Shown here one piece after another: positions 10,238-19,900 of a stretch of DNA of 64,000 nucleotides (position 1 is its first letter; each line of letters opens with the position of its first letter). The translations under genes and the position numbers were made by a program. The notes beneath the pieces are model-generated. The model was not told the origin of the DNA. It saw only the letters and a program-made list of their open reading frames with translations, and searched no databases. Location: contig JAUSEK010000019.1 in NCBI GenBank assembly GCA_030650275.1, forward strand, positions 144 to 64,143. The letters are read 5' to 3'. Source of the stretch: Candidatus Omnitrophota bacterium (lineage in GTDB: Bacteria; Omnitrophota; Gorgyraeia; Zapsychrales; Fredricksoniimonadaceae).

Positions 10238-11992
10238 CTACGTAGAACCGGTCGGTTTTTCCAATTTCCCCGTCGGTTTTTCAATGATCATGTGAAAGGC
10301 GCTTTTGCCCGCCGGGACCATGGGATACACGTTGCCTTCCTTGATGACCTCCGCGTGGATGACGCAGGGGCCGGGATATTCCATGGCCTGTTTCATCACG
10401 TCATGGCAGCGTTCCACCGTGTTGATGTGAAAACCTTTGATGCCGTAGGCCTCGGCGAGTTTGACGAAATCCGGGTTGCCTTCCAGGTCCACGCCGGAAA
10501 GCCGGTTCTCAAAAAACAGCTCCTGCCACTGGCGCACCATCCCCAGATATTTGTTGTCAATGATGAGCACCTTCACCGGTAATTTGTGGATGAACATGGT
10601 TGAAAGTTCGGAGAGCGTCATTTGGAAACCGCCGTCGCCCACGATGGCCACGACCAGGTTTTTGGGTTTGCCGAACTGCGCGCCGATGGCGGCCGGAAAG
10701 CCGAAGCCCATGGTGCCCGCGCCGCCCGAGGAGATCCAGTGGTCGCCCCTACCGGAGAGGTAGAACTGCGCGGCCCACATCTGGTGTTGGCCCACGTCGG
10801 TGGTGACAATGGCGCGGCCGTTGGTCACCTTGTAACAGGTATCAAGGACGTACTGGGCGGTGAGGCCTTTGTCATTTTCGTATTTGAGCGGGAATTCTTT
10901 GCGGTAAAAGGCCAGTTCCGCCAGCCATTCCTTGGTATCCAGCGGCGCGACGTGTTTGATGAGCTCTTCCACGGTTTCCCTGGCATCGGCCACCACCCAG
11001 GCATCGGGTTTGACGATCTTGTTGATCTCGGAGAAATCCGCGTCAATGTGCAGTTTTTTGGCTTTCACGCAGAATTCGCGGTTGTCGCCGTTGATGCGGT
11101 CGTCCCAGCGCGAGCCGATGGACAGGATGAGGTCGCAATTGATGATCGCCTTGTTGGCATAGGCGGTGCCGTGCATGCCCAGCATTCCCAAAGACAAGGG
11201 ATGGGTTTCGGGGAATTCCCCTTTGCCAAGAAGCGTGTTGGTCACGGGCGCGTTGAGTTTTTCCGCCAGTTTCTTGATGGCGTCCCCGGCGCGCGCGATC
11301 ACAGCACCATGCCCCACCAGCAAAAGCGGCTTTTTGGAGCCCTTGAACATTCCGGCCATCTTCAGGACATCGTGTTGATTGGGTTTGGGCAGTTCCTTGT
11401 AACCCGGAATGTCCATTTCAGGATTGAGGGTGCCGCCGGTGAACGGGGCGGACGTGATGTCCTTGGGCAGATCGATGAGCACAGGCCCGGGCCGTCCGGT
11501 CTGGCAGATATGCCAGGCCTCTTTGATGACGCGCGGGATGTCATTGGTGTTTTTGACCAGATAACTGTGTTTGACGATGGGCATGGTGATGCCCACGATG
11601 TCCGCTTCCTGGAAAGCGTCCTTGCCGAGCATGGAGGTGATGGTCTGGCCCGTGAGCACGATGATGGGCACGGAATCCATATGGGCGGTCAAAATGCCGG
11701 TCACCGTGTTGGTAGCGCCGGGGCCCGAGGTCACCAGGACGACACCGGGCCTGCCCGTGGCCCGGGCATAACCGTCGGCCATGTGGGTGGCGCCCTGTTC
11801 ATGGCGGGTCAAAATGAGCTTGATCTTGGAGCCCACCAGGGCATCAAAAATAGGGATGGCCGCACCGCCGGAAAGGCCCCAAATGTACTCAACGCCGAAA
11901 TTCTCCAGGCATTGGACAAGGGCTTGGGCGCCGTTGATGGGCTGTGGTTTTTTGGTCGCTGTTTTAGTCATCATGAAGCCGTATCTTATCAC
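10238..11992 (-). CDS. ilvB: Acetolactate synthase large (catalytic) subunit, ThDP-dependent.
   Basis: Carries ThDP-enzyme motifs (GDGGFQM..., the GLSGGAA N-domain) and is 584 aa long. Confidence 0.85.
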   Translation of the reverse strand: MIRYGFMMTKTATKKPQPINGAQALVQCLENFGVEYIWGLSGGAAIPIFDALVGSKIKLILTRHEQGATHMADGYARATGRPGVVLVTSGPGATNTVTGILTAHMDSVPIIVLTGQTITSMLGKDAFQEADIVGITMPIVKHSYLVKNTNDIPRVIKEAWHICQTGRPGPVLIDLPKDITSAPFTGGTLNPEMDIPGYKELPKPNQHDVLKMAGMFKGSKKPLLLVGHGAVIARAGDAIKKLAEKLNAPVTNTLLGKGEFPETHPLSLGMLGMHGTAYANKAIINCDLILSIGSRWDDRINGDNREFCVKAKKLHIDADFSEINKIVKPDAWVVADARETVEELIKHVAPLDTKEWLAELAFYRKEFPLKYENDKGLTAQYVLDTCYKVTNGRAIVTTDVGQHQMWAAQFYLSGRGDHWISSGGAGTMGFGFPAAIGAQFGKPKNLVVAIVGDGGFQMTLSELSTMFIHKLPVKVLIIDNKYLGMVRQWQELFFENRLSGVDLEGNPDFVKLAEAYGIKGFHINTVERCHDVMKQAMEYPGPCVIHAEVIKEGNVYPMVPAGKSAFHMIIEKPTGKLEKPTGST

Positions 11993-12303
11993 AAACCCAA
12001 AAGTTTCGCCAGCTCGCCGTTCTCGTGCATTTCGGTGATGATGTCACAGCCGCCGACGAACTGGCCTTTGATGAAGATCTGGGGGATGGTGGGCCAGTCG
12101 GTGAATTCCTTGACGCCCTGGCGCAGTTCTTCGCTGGCCAGAATGTCATGGCTTTTGATGGGAAGGTTGTAGGATCGCAGGATCTGCACGGACCTGGCCG
12201 AAAACCCGCACTGGGGCGCGTCCGGCGTGCCTTTCATGTAGATCACGATCGGATTGGTCTTGATCTCGTTTTCAATGTCCTGCCGCATTTTATCTGATAA
12301 CAT
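11989..12303 (-). CDS. grxD: Monothiol glutaredoxin (Grx4 family).
   Basis: The CGFS active site (PQCGFSARSVQIL) within a 104-aa protein. Confidence 0.85.
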   Translation of the reverse strand: MLSDKMRQDIENEIKTNPIVIYMKGTPDAPQCGFSARSVQILRSYNLPIKSHDILASEELRQGVKEFTDWPTIPQIFIKGQFVGGCDIITEMHENGELAKLLGL

Positions 12304-12341
12304 AATCGTCTCCTAAATGACCCCGCCGTCGGCGGGGGAAT

Positions 12342-12620
12342 TTAAAAACCGTATTGTGATTTGACGTCCTCCCACTTGGCAGGGGTGAAAGTTTTTAAGG
12401 CCAAAGCGTGCACAGCGCCGGCGAGCGCTCCTTTGAGCGGCGCCATGACCATTTGATGTTGCTGTATCAACGTTTTCCCCTCAAAGGCCGGGGCAATGAC
12501 AAAGGCCTGCAGATGCTGTCCATCGTTCATGGGGTCGAGAACATGCGCGGCGGCCCCGGGGATGGAGCGTTCAATAGCGTTCTTGATTTCCTGGACCGTC
12601 ATTTGTTTTTCTTGAACCAC
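12342..12620 (-). CDS. ibaG: BolA-family protein of IbaG/YrbA type.
   Basis: Its C-terminus HALALKTFTPAKWE....YGF parallels the IbaG C-terminus. It is adjacent to grxD, its classical partner. Confidence 0.65.
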   Translation of the reverse strand: MVQEKQMTVQEIKNAIERSIPGAAAHVLDPMNDGQHLQAFVIAPAFEGKTLIQQHQMVMAPLKGALAGAVHALALKTFTPAKWEDVKSQYGF

Positions 12621-12829
12621 TCAATGATATCTGATGATTCATAGAGCGCTTTGCCGTTGATGACCAGACACGGCACTTGGGTCTTGCCGCCGATCTTGAT
12701 GAGTTCATCGCGGAAAGAAGGGTTTGCGTGGGTATCTTTCATGGGCACGCTGATATTTTCTTTGGACAGAAAGTCGCGCACGCGGCCGCAATACGGACAG
12801 CCCTGAAAATGATAAAGGGTCAATGGCAT
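12599..12829 (-). CDS. Glutaredoxin (dithiol CPYC type).
   Basis: CPYC active site and a 76-aa thioredoxin fold. Confidence 0.75.
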   Translation of the reverse strand: MPLTLYHFQGCPYCGRVRDFLSKENISVPMKDTHANPSFRDELIKIGGKTQVPCLVINGKALYESSDIIEWFKKNK

Positions 12830-12839
12830 AGTTGAGTCC

Positions 12840-13808
12840 TTATTTTACAGATTTTTCGACGAAATCAATGACTTTTTCCTGCAGAGCGACGTTATACAGG
12901 CGGTTCATTTCCTGCATGCAGGTCGGGGAGGTGACGTTGACCTCGATCAAAAACCCGCCGATGATGTCAATGCCGACGAAATAAAGCCCCAAACGCAGCA
13001 GATGCTCTTTGAGGACGCCGATGATGTGGCTGTCGCGGGCCGTGAGCTGGGCCGCGTGCGGTTTACCGCCGGCAAAGAAATTATTACGGTGGTCGCCTTC
13101 CTCGTGCACGCGCAGCACGGCGCCCAGCGGTTCGCCGTTTAACAGCAAAATGCGTTTGTCCCCGCTCTCTGCGTCCGGCACGTAACGCTGGAGGACAACG
13201 GGCACCGACCAGCGCCGGGAGAGGTTTTCCAGAATGACCTTGGTGTTGGTGTCCCCGGGCTTGATATGAAAGACCGCGTGCCCGCCGAACGCGTTGGTCG
13301 GTTTGGCAATGACGCCGTTTCCGCCGGAGGCGGATCCGCCTTTGGCGGACTTTTCTTTGGCGATGAAATCCAGAAGGTCAGGACGCCTGCAGGAAATGAG
13401 GGTTTTCGGAGTGATGTCCGTAAATTGCGCGGCCCAGATCTTTTCATTGACGGTGCGTATGCCCGACGGTTTGTTGATGACGAGGACGTTGGGGGGCAGC
13501 TGGTCCAAAAGCCATGTGTTCATCAGGTATTGTTCGTCCACCGGAGGGTCGGGACGCACGAACACGGCGTGGACCTGGTCTTGCGTCAGGGTGGCCGCGT
13601 GTTCTTCAATGAACGGCTCATGGACGATTAGTTGCGGCTTGACCTTGACGACGTGAAAATGCACCTTGCCGTCTTTGAGCGCGATGCCGTCCTCGGCCAG
13701 GAAATACACGTCATGCCCGCGCGCGTGCGCGCCGACCATGAGGATGAAGGTGGTGTCTTTTTCCATCGCCACTGTTTCCAGCGGGTCCATCAAAAAGAGG
13801 AATTTCAT
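12840..13808 (-). CDS. gshB: Glutathione synthetase (ATP-grasp).
   Basis: The N-terminus KFLFLMDPLE... with ATP-grasp motifs is typical of GshB. Length 322 aa. Confidence 0.75.
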   Translation of the reverse strand: MKFLFLMDPLETVAMEKDTTFILMVGAHARGHDVYFLAEDGIALKDGKVHFHVVKVKPQLIVHEPFIEEHAATLTQDQVHAVFVRPDPPVDEQYLMNTWLLDQLPPNVLVINKPSGIRTVNEKIWAAQFTDITPKTLISCRRPDLLDFIAKEKSAKGGSASGGNGVIAKPTNAFGGHAVFHIKPGDTNTKVILENLSRRWSVPVVLQRYVPDAESGDKRILLLNGEPLGAVLRVHEEGDHRNNFFAGGKPHAAQLTARDSHIIGVLKEHLLRLGLYFVGIDIIGGFLIEVNVTSPTCMQEMNRLYNVALQEKVIDFVEKSVK

Positions 13809-14998
13809 CGGGCCTGGCTCTCCAATTCCCGGGTCTCGCGTCCCGCCGCCACTCCGGCGATGCGGGCGAGGATCCGGTAGATGTCAAAGATGTTCATGTT
13901 GTGTTTGACCCCGCAGTCCTGGCCGTATTTGTCCAAATGGGGACATACCTTTTGGAAAGCCATGCCGCCGGGGGAATTCAGGTTCTCGCGCGGGCTCTTG
14001 CCGGTATGATAACGGTAAAACCCGCCGATGAGATTGTTGTCGACTTGATAAATGCATACTTCGCAGGGGCTTTGTTCGATGCGCTGGATGGTGGGCACGC
14101 CTTCCTGCAATAGAAAACGCGTGACCGGTTGTCCGCTTTTGCCGCGCAAAAGGTCATTGCGTTTTTTGCGGTTGAGTTCCAGGATCTGCGCCGGGTCCTC
14201 GATGGGCACGACCCCCATGCCGTAGGTGCCGCTGTCGGCCTTGATGAAGGCAAAGGGCTTTTCGTTGATCTTGTGTTCTTTGTATTTCGCGCGCACACCG
14301 TCAAACAACCGGACCGCGGCGTCATGCAGTTTTTGATGCCCCTCGTCGCTGTTGATGTCCACGTCGTCCACGGCCTCAAAGAGGCAGGAAAAAAGCCACG
14401 GGTCCAGACCTACGATGCGGGCGAATTCTTCGGCAAGCCGGCCGGTTTGGATGAAATGTCCGGATTTCAACCGCGCGTGCCAGCCCGCGTGCATGGACGG
14501 GAACACCGGGACATTGGACTTTTTAAGCGCGTCGGGAATACCGGAGGAAAGGTCATTGTTCATGACGATCAGGTCGCATTGCGTGCACGCGGTCTTGATG
14601 TCTTCGGGAAAGGCCACGCTGACCTCAAATCCCGCTTTACGGATGATGTCCTGCAGGATGCGCACATTTTCCAGATAGGCGGTGTTCCGGGTGTGCTCTT
14701 CGGTGACGATGAGGATCTTGCGTGCCCCAGGCACACGCTTGAGGATGGCTTCGCGGATAAAATGCGAGGCGTCGGCAATGCCGTGTTCGCACAGGTTATT
14801 GAACCCGGCGGGAAAAAGGTTGGTGTCCACCACCGTCATTTTAAATCCCGCGTCGCGGATATCAACGGAGGAATAGAAGGGTGTCTCCTTTTTTTCATGG
14901 CCCAACAGCCATTGATGGACCTCTTCCTGCTTGCTTTGGATGCAGGGCACGCAGAAACTTCCGGTGAAATTATTTTGGACGGTCAGTGATTTACGCAT
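13805..14998 (-). CDS. Glutamate--cysteine ligase-like carboxylate-amine ligase, probably GshA of the short-form group.
   Basis: A 397-aa protein overlapping gshB by 4 nt. The assignment is supported mainly by the operon context with gshB. Confidence 0.45.
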   Translation of the reverse strand: MRKSLTVQNNFTGSFCVPCIQSKQEEVHQWLLGHEKKETPFYSSVDIRDAGFKMTVVDTNLFPAGFNNLCEHGIADASHFIREAILKRVPGARKILIVTEEHTRNTAYLENVRILQDIIRKAGFEVSVAFPEDIKTACTQCDLIVMNNDLSSGIPDALKKSNVPVFPSMHAGWHARLKSGHFIQTGRLAEEFARIVGLDPWLFSCLFEAVDDVDINSDEGHQKLHDAAVRLFDGVRAKYKEHKINEKPFAFIKADSGTYGMGVVPIEDPAQILELNRKKRNDLLRGKSGQPVTRFLLQEGVPTIQRIEQSPCEVCIYQVDNNLIGGFYRYHTGKSPRENLNSPGGMAFQKVCPHLDKYGQDCGVKHNMNIFDIYRILARIAGVAAGRETRELESQAR

Positions 14999-15021
14999 AT
15001 TGGATGTGCTACAATGATCGC

Positions 15022-15273
15022 ATGGATCGAATATCTCTTGAGCGTATTTTGCGCGAACATTTCCAGCCGTCCGCGCTTGAAGTGATCGACGATTCTCCTT
15101 TGCATGCCGGCCACGCCGGGGCGGGTCAGGGCGGCCATTACCGCGTCGTCATCGTCGCTGAAGCGTTCAAGGGGCAAACATCCCTAAAAAAACACCGCAT
15201 GATCTACGACGCCCTGTCTTCCCATTGGCATGGCAATATCCACGCTTTGTCCATTCGGGCCTCATGTCCGTAA
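15022..15273 (+). CDS. bolA: BolA family transcriptional regulator.
   Basis: FQPSALEVIDDSPLHAGH....HYRVVIVAEAFKGQTSLKKHRMIYDAL....IHALSI aligns motif-for-motif with E. coli BolA. Confidence 0.8.
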   Translation: MDRISLERILREHFQPSALEVIDDSPLHAGHAGAGQGGHYRVVIVAEAFKGQTSLKKHRMIYDALSSHWHGNIHALSIRASCP

Positions 15274-15274
15274 T

Positions 15275-16663
15275 TTATATCCCATTTTGAATTTTAAGTG
15301 CCGCCTCGGCCTTGCGCGCGCTGTTGCGCACGATCTCCGGCAGGGCGGGGTGAATGTAGATCATGTTGAGAAGATCATCCAGCGTGCCGTTCTTGTTCAT
15401 GAAGGCAATGACCATGTGGATCATGTCCGAGGCCTCATCCCCGATGATATGACAACCCAGGATCCTGCGGGATTTGCGCTCGACCAATAGTTTACAAAAA
15501 CCATGGTCAGATAGCAAGGCCATACCCATGGCACTGCTTTTGTAGGGATTAAGCCCGACGACATAGTCTGCGCCCTCGTCTTTGAGTTGCTCCTCGGTTT
15601 TTCCCACACCCGCGATCTGCGGATGCGCGAAGATCGCGTGAGGCATGGGCGGATATTGGATGGGGCGTTTGGGACTGTTGCCGAACAGCGCATGGAACAG
15701 GTATTCGCCCTCAAAATTAACGCTGTGCCTGAAAAAATAACGGCCGATGCAATCGCCCAAAGCATAAACACCATCGGCAGATGTTTGCAGAAAATCGTCC
15801 ACGGCGATGAAGGCACGGTTGTTGAGGCGTATGCCGGCATTTTCAAGATGCAAGGTATCCGCGTTGGAGACAATGCCTGTGGCGACTAAGAGTGCCTCGG
15901 CGGAGATCTTTTGGTTTTGGTTGTTTTGGGTGTAATGCACGGTGAATTGCCCGTCGCCATGCTCCACGCGCGCGGGCACGGCGCCAAGGCGTATGTCGTG
16001 GCGTTGGGAAAAGACCCGGACAAATTCAGCAGCTACTTCGGCGTCTTCGTTTCGCAGCATGGAGGAGCGCACCAGAAAACACGTTTTGGTCCCCAGCGCC
16101 CCATAGGCATGGCCCAGTTCAGCCGCGATATACCCGCCGCCTAAAATGATCATGCTTTTGGGCAAGGCTGTGCTGCGCAGGGCCTCGGTGCTGGTCATAA
16201 AAGGCGTTCCGGCCAGACCCGGGATATCGGGAATGTGGGGCCGGGTACCGATGGCGATAAAGATTTTTGGCGCTGTCATGCGTTCGCCGTTGACCTCAAT
16301 AGTTTTGTTATCAATGAATTTGGCTTCGCCTTTGATAGAGGTGATATTGGGGTGTTTGCTGTAACTGGCCGCGATCTTGTCGGAATCATTGTCCACGGTC
16401 TGCGAAATGCGGGTGACGAGTTTGGCAAAATCCACCGTGAAGTTGGGATCATTGTGCAGATCAAATTTGCGGGCCTCTTTGATGGCCAGGGCCACGTCCG
16501 CCGGATGGATGAGCATTTTGGAGGGGATGCATCCGCGGTTAAGACAAGTGCCACCCAGGCGGTCTTTTTCAATGACCGCGACCTTATGGCCCAGGGAGGC
16601 GGCCGGAGAGGTGATCTTGGCCCCGCCGCCGGAGCCGATTGTAATGACATCAAAAGTTTTCAT
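15275..16663 (-). CDS. FAD-dependent pyridine-nucleotide disulfide oxidoreductase of the Lpd/glutathione-reductase family. It has no lipoyl domain, and the context suggests a thiol-disulfide reductase.
   Basis: Redox-active disulfide GGTCLNRGCIPSK, an FAD GxGxxG motif at the N-terminus, and a C-terminal HPALPE dimerisation-interface motif. Confidence 0.7.
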   Translation of the reverse strand: MKTFDVITIGSGGGAKITSPAASLGHKVAVIEKDRLGGTCLNRGCIPSKMLIHPADVALAIKEARKFDLHNDPNFTVDFAKLVTRISQTVDNDSDKIAASYSKHPNITSIKGEAKFIDNKTIEVNGERMTAPKIFIAIGTRPHIPDIPGLAGTPFMTSTEALRSTALPKSMIILGGGYIAAELGHAYGALGTKTCFLVRSSMLRNEDAEVAAEFVRVFSQRHDIRLGAVPARVEHGDGQFTVHYTQNNQNQKISAEALLVATGIVSNADTLHLENAGIRLNNRAFIAVDDFLQTSADGVYALGDCIGRYFFRHSVNFEGEYLFHALFGNSPKRPIQYPPMPHAIFAHPQIAGVGKTEEQLKDEGADYVVGLNPYKSSAMGMALLSDHGFCKLLVERKSRRILGCHIIGDEASDMIHMVIAFMNKNGTLDDLLNMIYIHPALPEIVRNSARKAEAALKIQNGI

Positions 16664-17631
16664 ATTTTAGATAAACTTTCTTCTAGATATTTTTCTAAAC
16701 GTGCAATGGTCGGCTCCAGCGTCGTGTATTGCATTAATTCCATACGCACTTGGGCAATGTTCGCCAGGCCTTTGAGATAGCCCGCGTAATGTTTGCGGAA
16801 GGTGATGACCCCGCCTTTTTCGCCTTTGTGCGCCACGTTGAGTTTCAGATGTTCCATGCAGGTCTGGATACGTTCTTCAACGGACGGTTCCGGCAAATGG
16901 GAGCCGGTTTTCAGATAATATTTGGTTTGCTTGAAGATCCACGGATTGGCGATGGCGCCGCGGCCGATCATGACCCCGTCGCATCCGGTCGCGAACATGG
17001 CCTGGACGTCCTCGGGGGAGGCGATGTCCCCGTTGCCGATGACAGGGATCTTAACGGCTTTTTTAATTTTCTCCAGCCAGGACCAGTCGGCAAAACCGTT
17101 ATGGGCTTGGGCACGGGTGCGGCAGTGCAGGGTGAGCGCCTGCGCGCCGGCATCCTCCACCATCTTTGCCACGTCGGTGATGACGATGCTTTCCTCGTCC
17201 CACCCTAAGCGTGTTTTGACCGTGACCGGCAATTTCGTGCCCTTGACCGTGGCTTTGACAATGGCCTCAAACAGGGGAAGGTCGCGCAAAAGTCCGGCGC
17301 CTTCATTGCGCGCCACGTGGTTTTTGACCCAGCATCCGCAATTGACGTCAATAAAATCCGGTTTGAGGCGTTCAATGGCCTGGGCCGCGCCGGACATGGC
17401 CTCGGGCCGTCCGCCGAATATCTGGATGGCCACCGGCCGTTCCTCATCGCAGATCTCTATTTTTTCCATGATGCGGGGGATGTCGCGGATGATCCCCTCG
17501 GAAGAGGTGAATTCCGTATACACGATGTCCGCGCCCAGGCGTTTGCAGATGACGCGAAACGGCATTTCCGTCACGTCTTCCATGGGCGCCAGGCACAGGG
17601 GTTTGTCGATGGTCAGGGAACCGATTTTCAT
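16660..17631 (-). CDS. tRNA-dihydrouridine synthase.
   Basis: DKPLCLAPMEDVTEMPFR is the Dus family N-terminal motif. Confidence 0.8.
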   Translation of the reverse strand: MKIGSLTIDKPLCLAPMEDVTEMPFRVICKRLGADIVYTEFTSSEGIIRDIPRIMEKIEICDEERPVAIQIFGGRPEAMSGAAQAIERLKPDFIDVNCGCWVKNHVARNEGAGLLRDLPLFEAIVKATVKGTKLPVTVKTRLGWDEESIVITDVAKMVEDAGAQALTLHCRTRAQAHNGFADWSWLEKIKKAVKIPVIGNGDIASPEDVQAMFATGCDGVMIGRGAIANPWIFKQTKYYLKTGSHLPEPSVEERIQTCMEHLKLNVAHKGEKGGVITFRKHYAGYLKGLANIAQVRMELMQYTTLEPTIARLEKYLEESLSKI

Positions 17632-17678
17632 AACGCGCTATTATAACTAAATTTACTTTTTATGCAAATCTAGTATAA

Positions 17679-18938
17679 TTGGGCCCTATGGCCATTGTTT
17701 TGGATATTAGAGAAGACGCCATCCGCAGGGGCATAAGGACTGTTGGGGTGGGTAAGAAGGGCAGTAAGTCCTTAAGCGGTCCATTAGCCCAAGAGATCGC
17801 GGAAGATCTTAAAGCAGGCAAGGTGACGCCCGCGTCTGCCGGCGCTTTTTTTGCCGGGCTTTTTTATAAAGGCACGACACCGGACGAAGAGGTCTTGGAC
17901 AGCGCTTTTGAAACGCCGGGCGCGCTCAAAGACCCGCGGCTTTTGGTCAAGGCCTTAGCTTCGGATGCCCCGGATTTTGTGCAGGACATTTGCCTGCGGC
18001 TTTTGTCCGGCCAGACGCTGGATAAGAATACCGCTTATCGTCTGGGTCAATTTTTATTGTCTGATGCGTCCGGTGATGGGGCCAGGGGCTTGATCGCCAG
18101 TTTGCTGCGGGTGCGCTATGAGACCGATGATGAATATGAAGGTTTGCTCACAGCCATCAATGAAACCATCGTGCCCGCGTTCCGCGCGCTCGTGCCGTCG
18201 GGAGAGCCGATCATCCAAATGGCTGAACCGTTTGACGGCAATGACCATTCCTATATGGTCACGCCTTTGTTGGGCAGGTATGCGCAGGGACTGGGTTACA
18301 GGGTTGTCCATTTAACGGGCCGCAACAGCGGGCCGAAATCGGTTTATAATCTTTTGGATGTTGCCGATGCGCTGGCTGTGCCTTACGCGCGGGGGAATGC
18401 GGATCTAGGAAATCCGAAACCGGAATACGGCCGGTTCATCCGCCAGCAAGACCTGTCCCCGGCCGTGGACCGCTGGGTGGACATCCGCCGTCAGACCATC
18501 AAGCGTCCGTTCTTGGCGACGCTGGAGAAATTTTTAAACCCTGCGGCTGCGCGCGTTGTCGTGACTTCGGCCTTCCATCCGCCGTACGGCGAGAAAATGC
18601 GGACAGTGTCCGAACGCGCGGGTTTCGCGGGAATTGTCGTTGTCCGCAACGGCATGGAAGGCGGTTTGGGTTTTCCGCTGATGCGTCCGGCGAAGATTTT
18701 GTTGTCCGCGCGTCAAAAAGACGGTTCTTATCTGCGTCATGAAATGGATTTTGACGCCGGTGTTAAAATAGAAGTTGAGGAAAAAAGGGAATGCCTTTTG
18801 GCGTCGGAAAACGCCCGGCTCATTGAACAATATGCCCGCGCGGGTTCAAGCGGGGACAGACATTTTGACCTAAGGACCAGGGCCACGTGCGCGGGTTTCC
18901 ATCAGGCCCTGGAATGGTTGAAAAGGAGCGGAATATGA
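17679..18938 (+). CDS. Divergent glycosyltransferase-family-3 / anthranilate phosphoribosyltransferase (TrpD)-like protein lacking the canonical GTGGD motif.
   Basis: An N-terminal helical domain resembling Glycos_trans_3N (..AGAFFAGLFYKGTTPDEE..). The core ..DGNDHSYMVTPLL..YAQGLGYRVVHLTGRNSGPKS.VYNLLDV.DALAV parallels the TrpD phosphate-binding region. Confidence 0.4.
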   Translation: MGPMAIVLDIREDAIRRGIRTVGVGKKGSKSLSGPLAQEIAEDLKAGKVTPASAGAFFAGLFYKGTTPDEEVLDSAFETPGALKDPRLLVKALASDAPDFVQDICLRLLSGQTLDKNTAYRLGQFLLSDASGDGARGLIASLLRVRYETDDEYEGLLTAINETIVPAFRALVPSGEPIIQMAEPFDGNDHSYMVTPLLGRYAQGLGYRVVHLTGRNSGPKSVYNLLDVADALAVPYARGNADLGNPKPEYGRFIRQQDLSPAVDRWVDIRRQTIKRPFLATLEKFLNPAAARVVVTSAFHPPYGEKMRTVSERAGFAGIVVVRNGMEGGLGFPLMRPAKILLSARQKDGSYLRHEMDFDAGVKIEVEEKRECLLASENARLIEQYARAGSSGDRHFDLRTRATCAGFHQALEWLKRSGI

Positions 18939-19900
18939 TGTCTTTGCAAATACGCATGGCACTTTTGGTGGCGGCTCTGTTCGCTATTGTTTACGCGGCC
19001 ATTGTCCTGATCGGAACGGCCATGGGGATGAACGATTTTTATTTTTATCTGATCATTTCCGTGGGGTTGATGTGGTTGCAATTCATGATCGGCCCCAAGA
19101 TCATTGAATGGACCATGCAGTTAAAATACATCAAGCGCGAAGATGACCCGAAACTCTGGAGTATGGTCGAGGAGATGGCCCGCAAGGCCAATATCCCCAT
19201 GCCGCGCGTGTGCATTTCACCGTCGCAGGTGCCCAATGCGTTCGCGTTCGGCCGTGGTCAGCGCGACGGGCGCGTGTGCGTTTGCCAGGGCATCCTGCGC
19301 CTGCTGGACGAGGAAGAATTAAAAGCGGTTTTAGGCCATGAATTGACCCATCTTAAAAACCGCGATGTGGTCGTCATCACCTTATTGTCGGTGGTCCCCA
19401 TGATCATGTACCGCCTGGCCTGGCATTTCATGTGGTACGGCGGCGGACGCAGGAATGACCGCAACGCGCCCAGCGGCCTTGTCATCGGGTTGGCCGCGTT
19501 CCTGTTTTATTTCATCACCAATCTTCTGGTGCTCTACGGTTCGCGCATCCGGGAATATTACGCGGACAAGGGCTCCGTTGAATTAGGCAATAAACCATCA
19601 GCTTTAGCGTCGGCATTGTATAAACTGGTCTATGGCTCCGCGCGCATGGCCAACACCGAAGACCTCAAGCAGGTTGAAGGGATGAAAGCATTTTTTCTCA
19701 ATGACCCGTCGCAGGCCATGAATGAGATCAAAGACCTCGCTCAATTGGATATCAACAAAAGCGGCACCATTGACACCAATGAACTGTTCCGCTTGAGGAA
19801 CAAGACGGTCACCCTGTCCACGGGCGAGAAAATGATGGAATTGCTGGGCACGCACCCGAACATGCTCAAGCGCATCAAACATTTATCAGATCTCAAATGA
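18935..19900 (+). CDS. htpX: M48 family zinc metalloprotease (HtpX-like).
   Basis: HExxH in GHELTHLKNRD and N-terminal TM helices. The start was chosen at the ATG at 18935, which is preceded by an AAAAGGAG RBS and overlaps the upstream stop (ATGA). Confidence 0.75.
   Translation: MMSLQIRMALLVAALFAIVYAAIVLIGTAMGMNDFYFYLIISVGLMWLQFMIGPKIIEWTMQLKYIKREDDPKLWSMVEEMARKANIPMPRVCISPSQVPNAFAFGRGQRDGRVCVCQGILRLLDEEELKAVLGHELTHLKNRDVVVITLLSVVPMIMYRLAWHFMWYGGGRRNDRNAPSGLVIGLAAFLFYFITNLLVLYGSRIREYYADKGSVELGNKPSALASALYKLVYGSARMANTEDLKQVEGMKAFFLNDPSQAMNEIKDLAQLDINKSGTIDTNELFRLRNKTVTLSTGEKMMELLGTHPNMLKRIKHLSDLK

Noticed and set aside
10622-12172. A 516-aa plus-strand ORF.
   Set aside because: It is fully antisense to ilvB and grxD, which carry unmistakable motifs; a GC-rich shadow frame.
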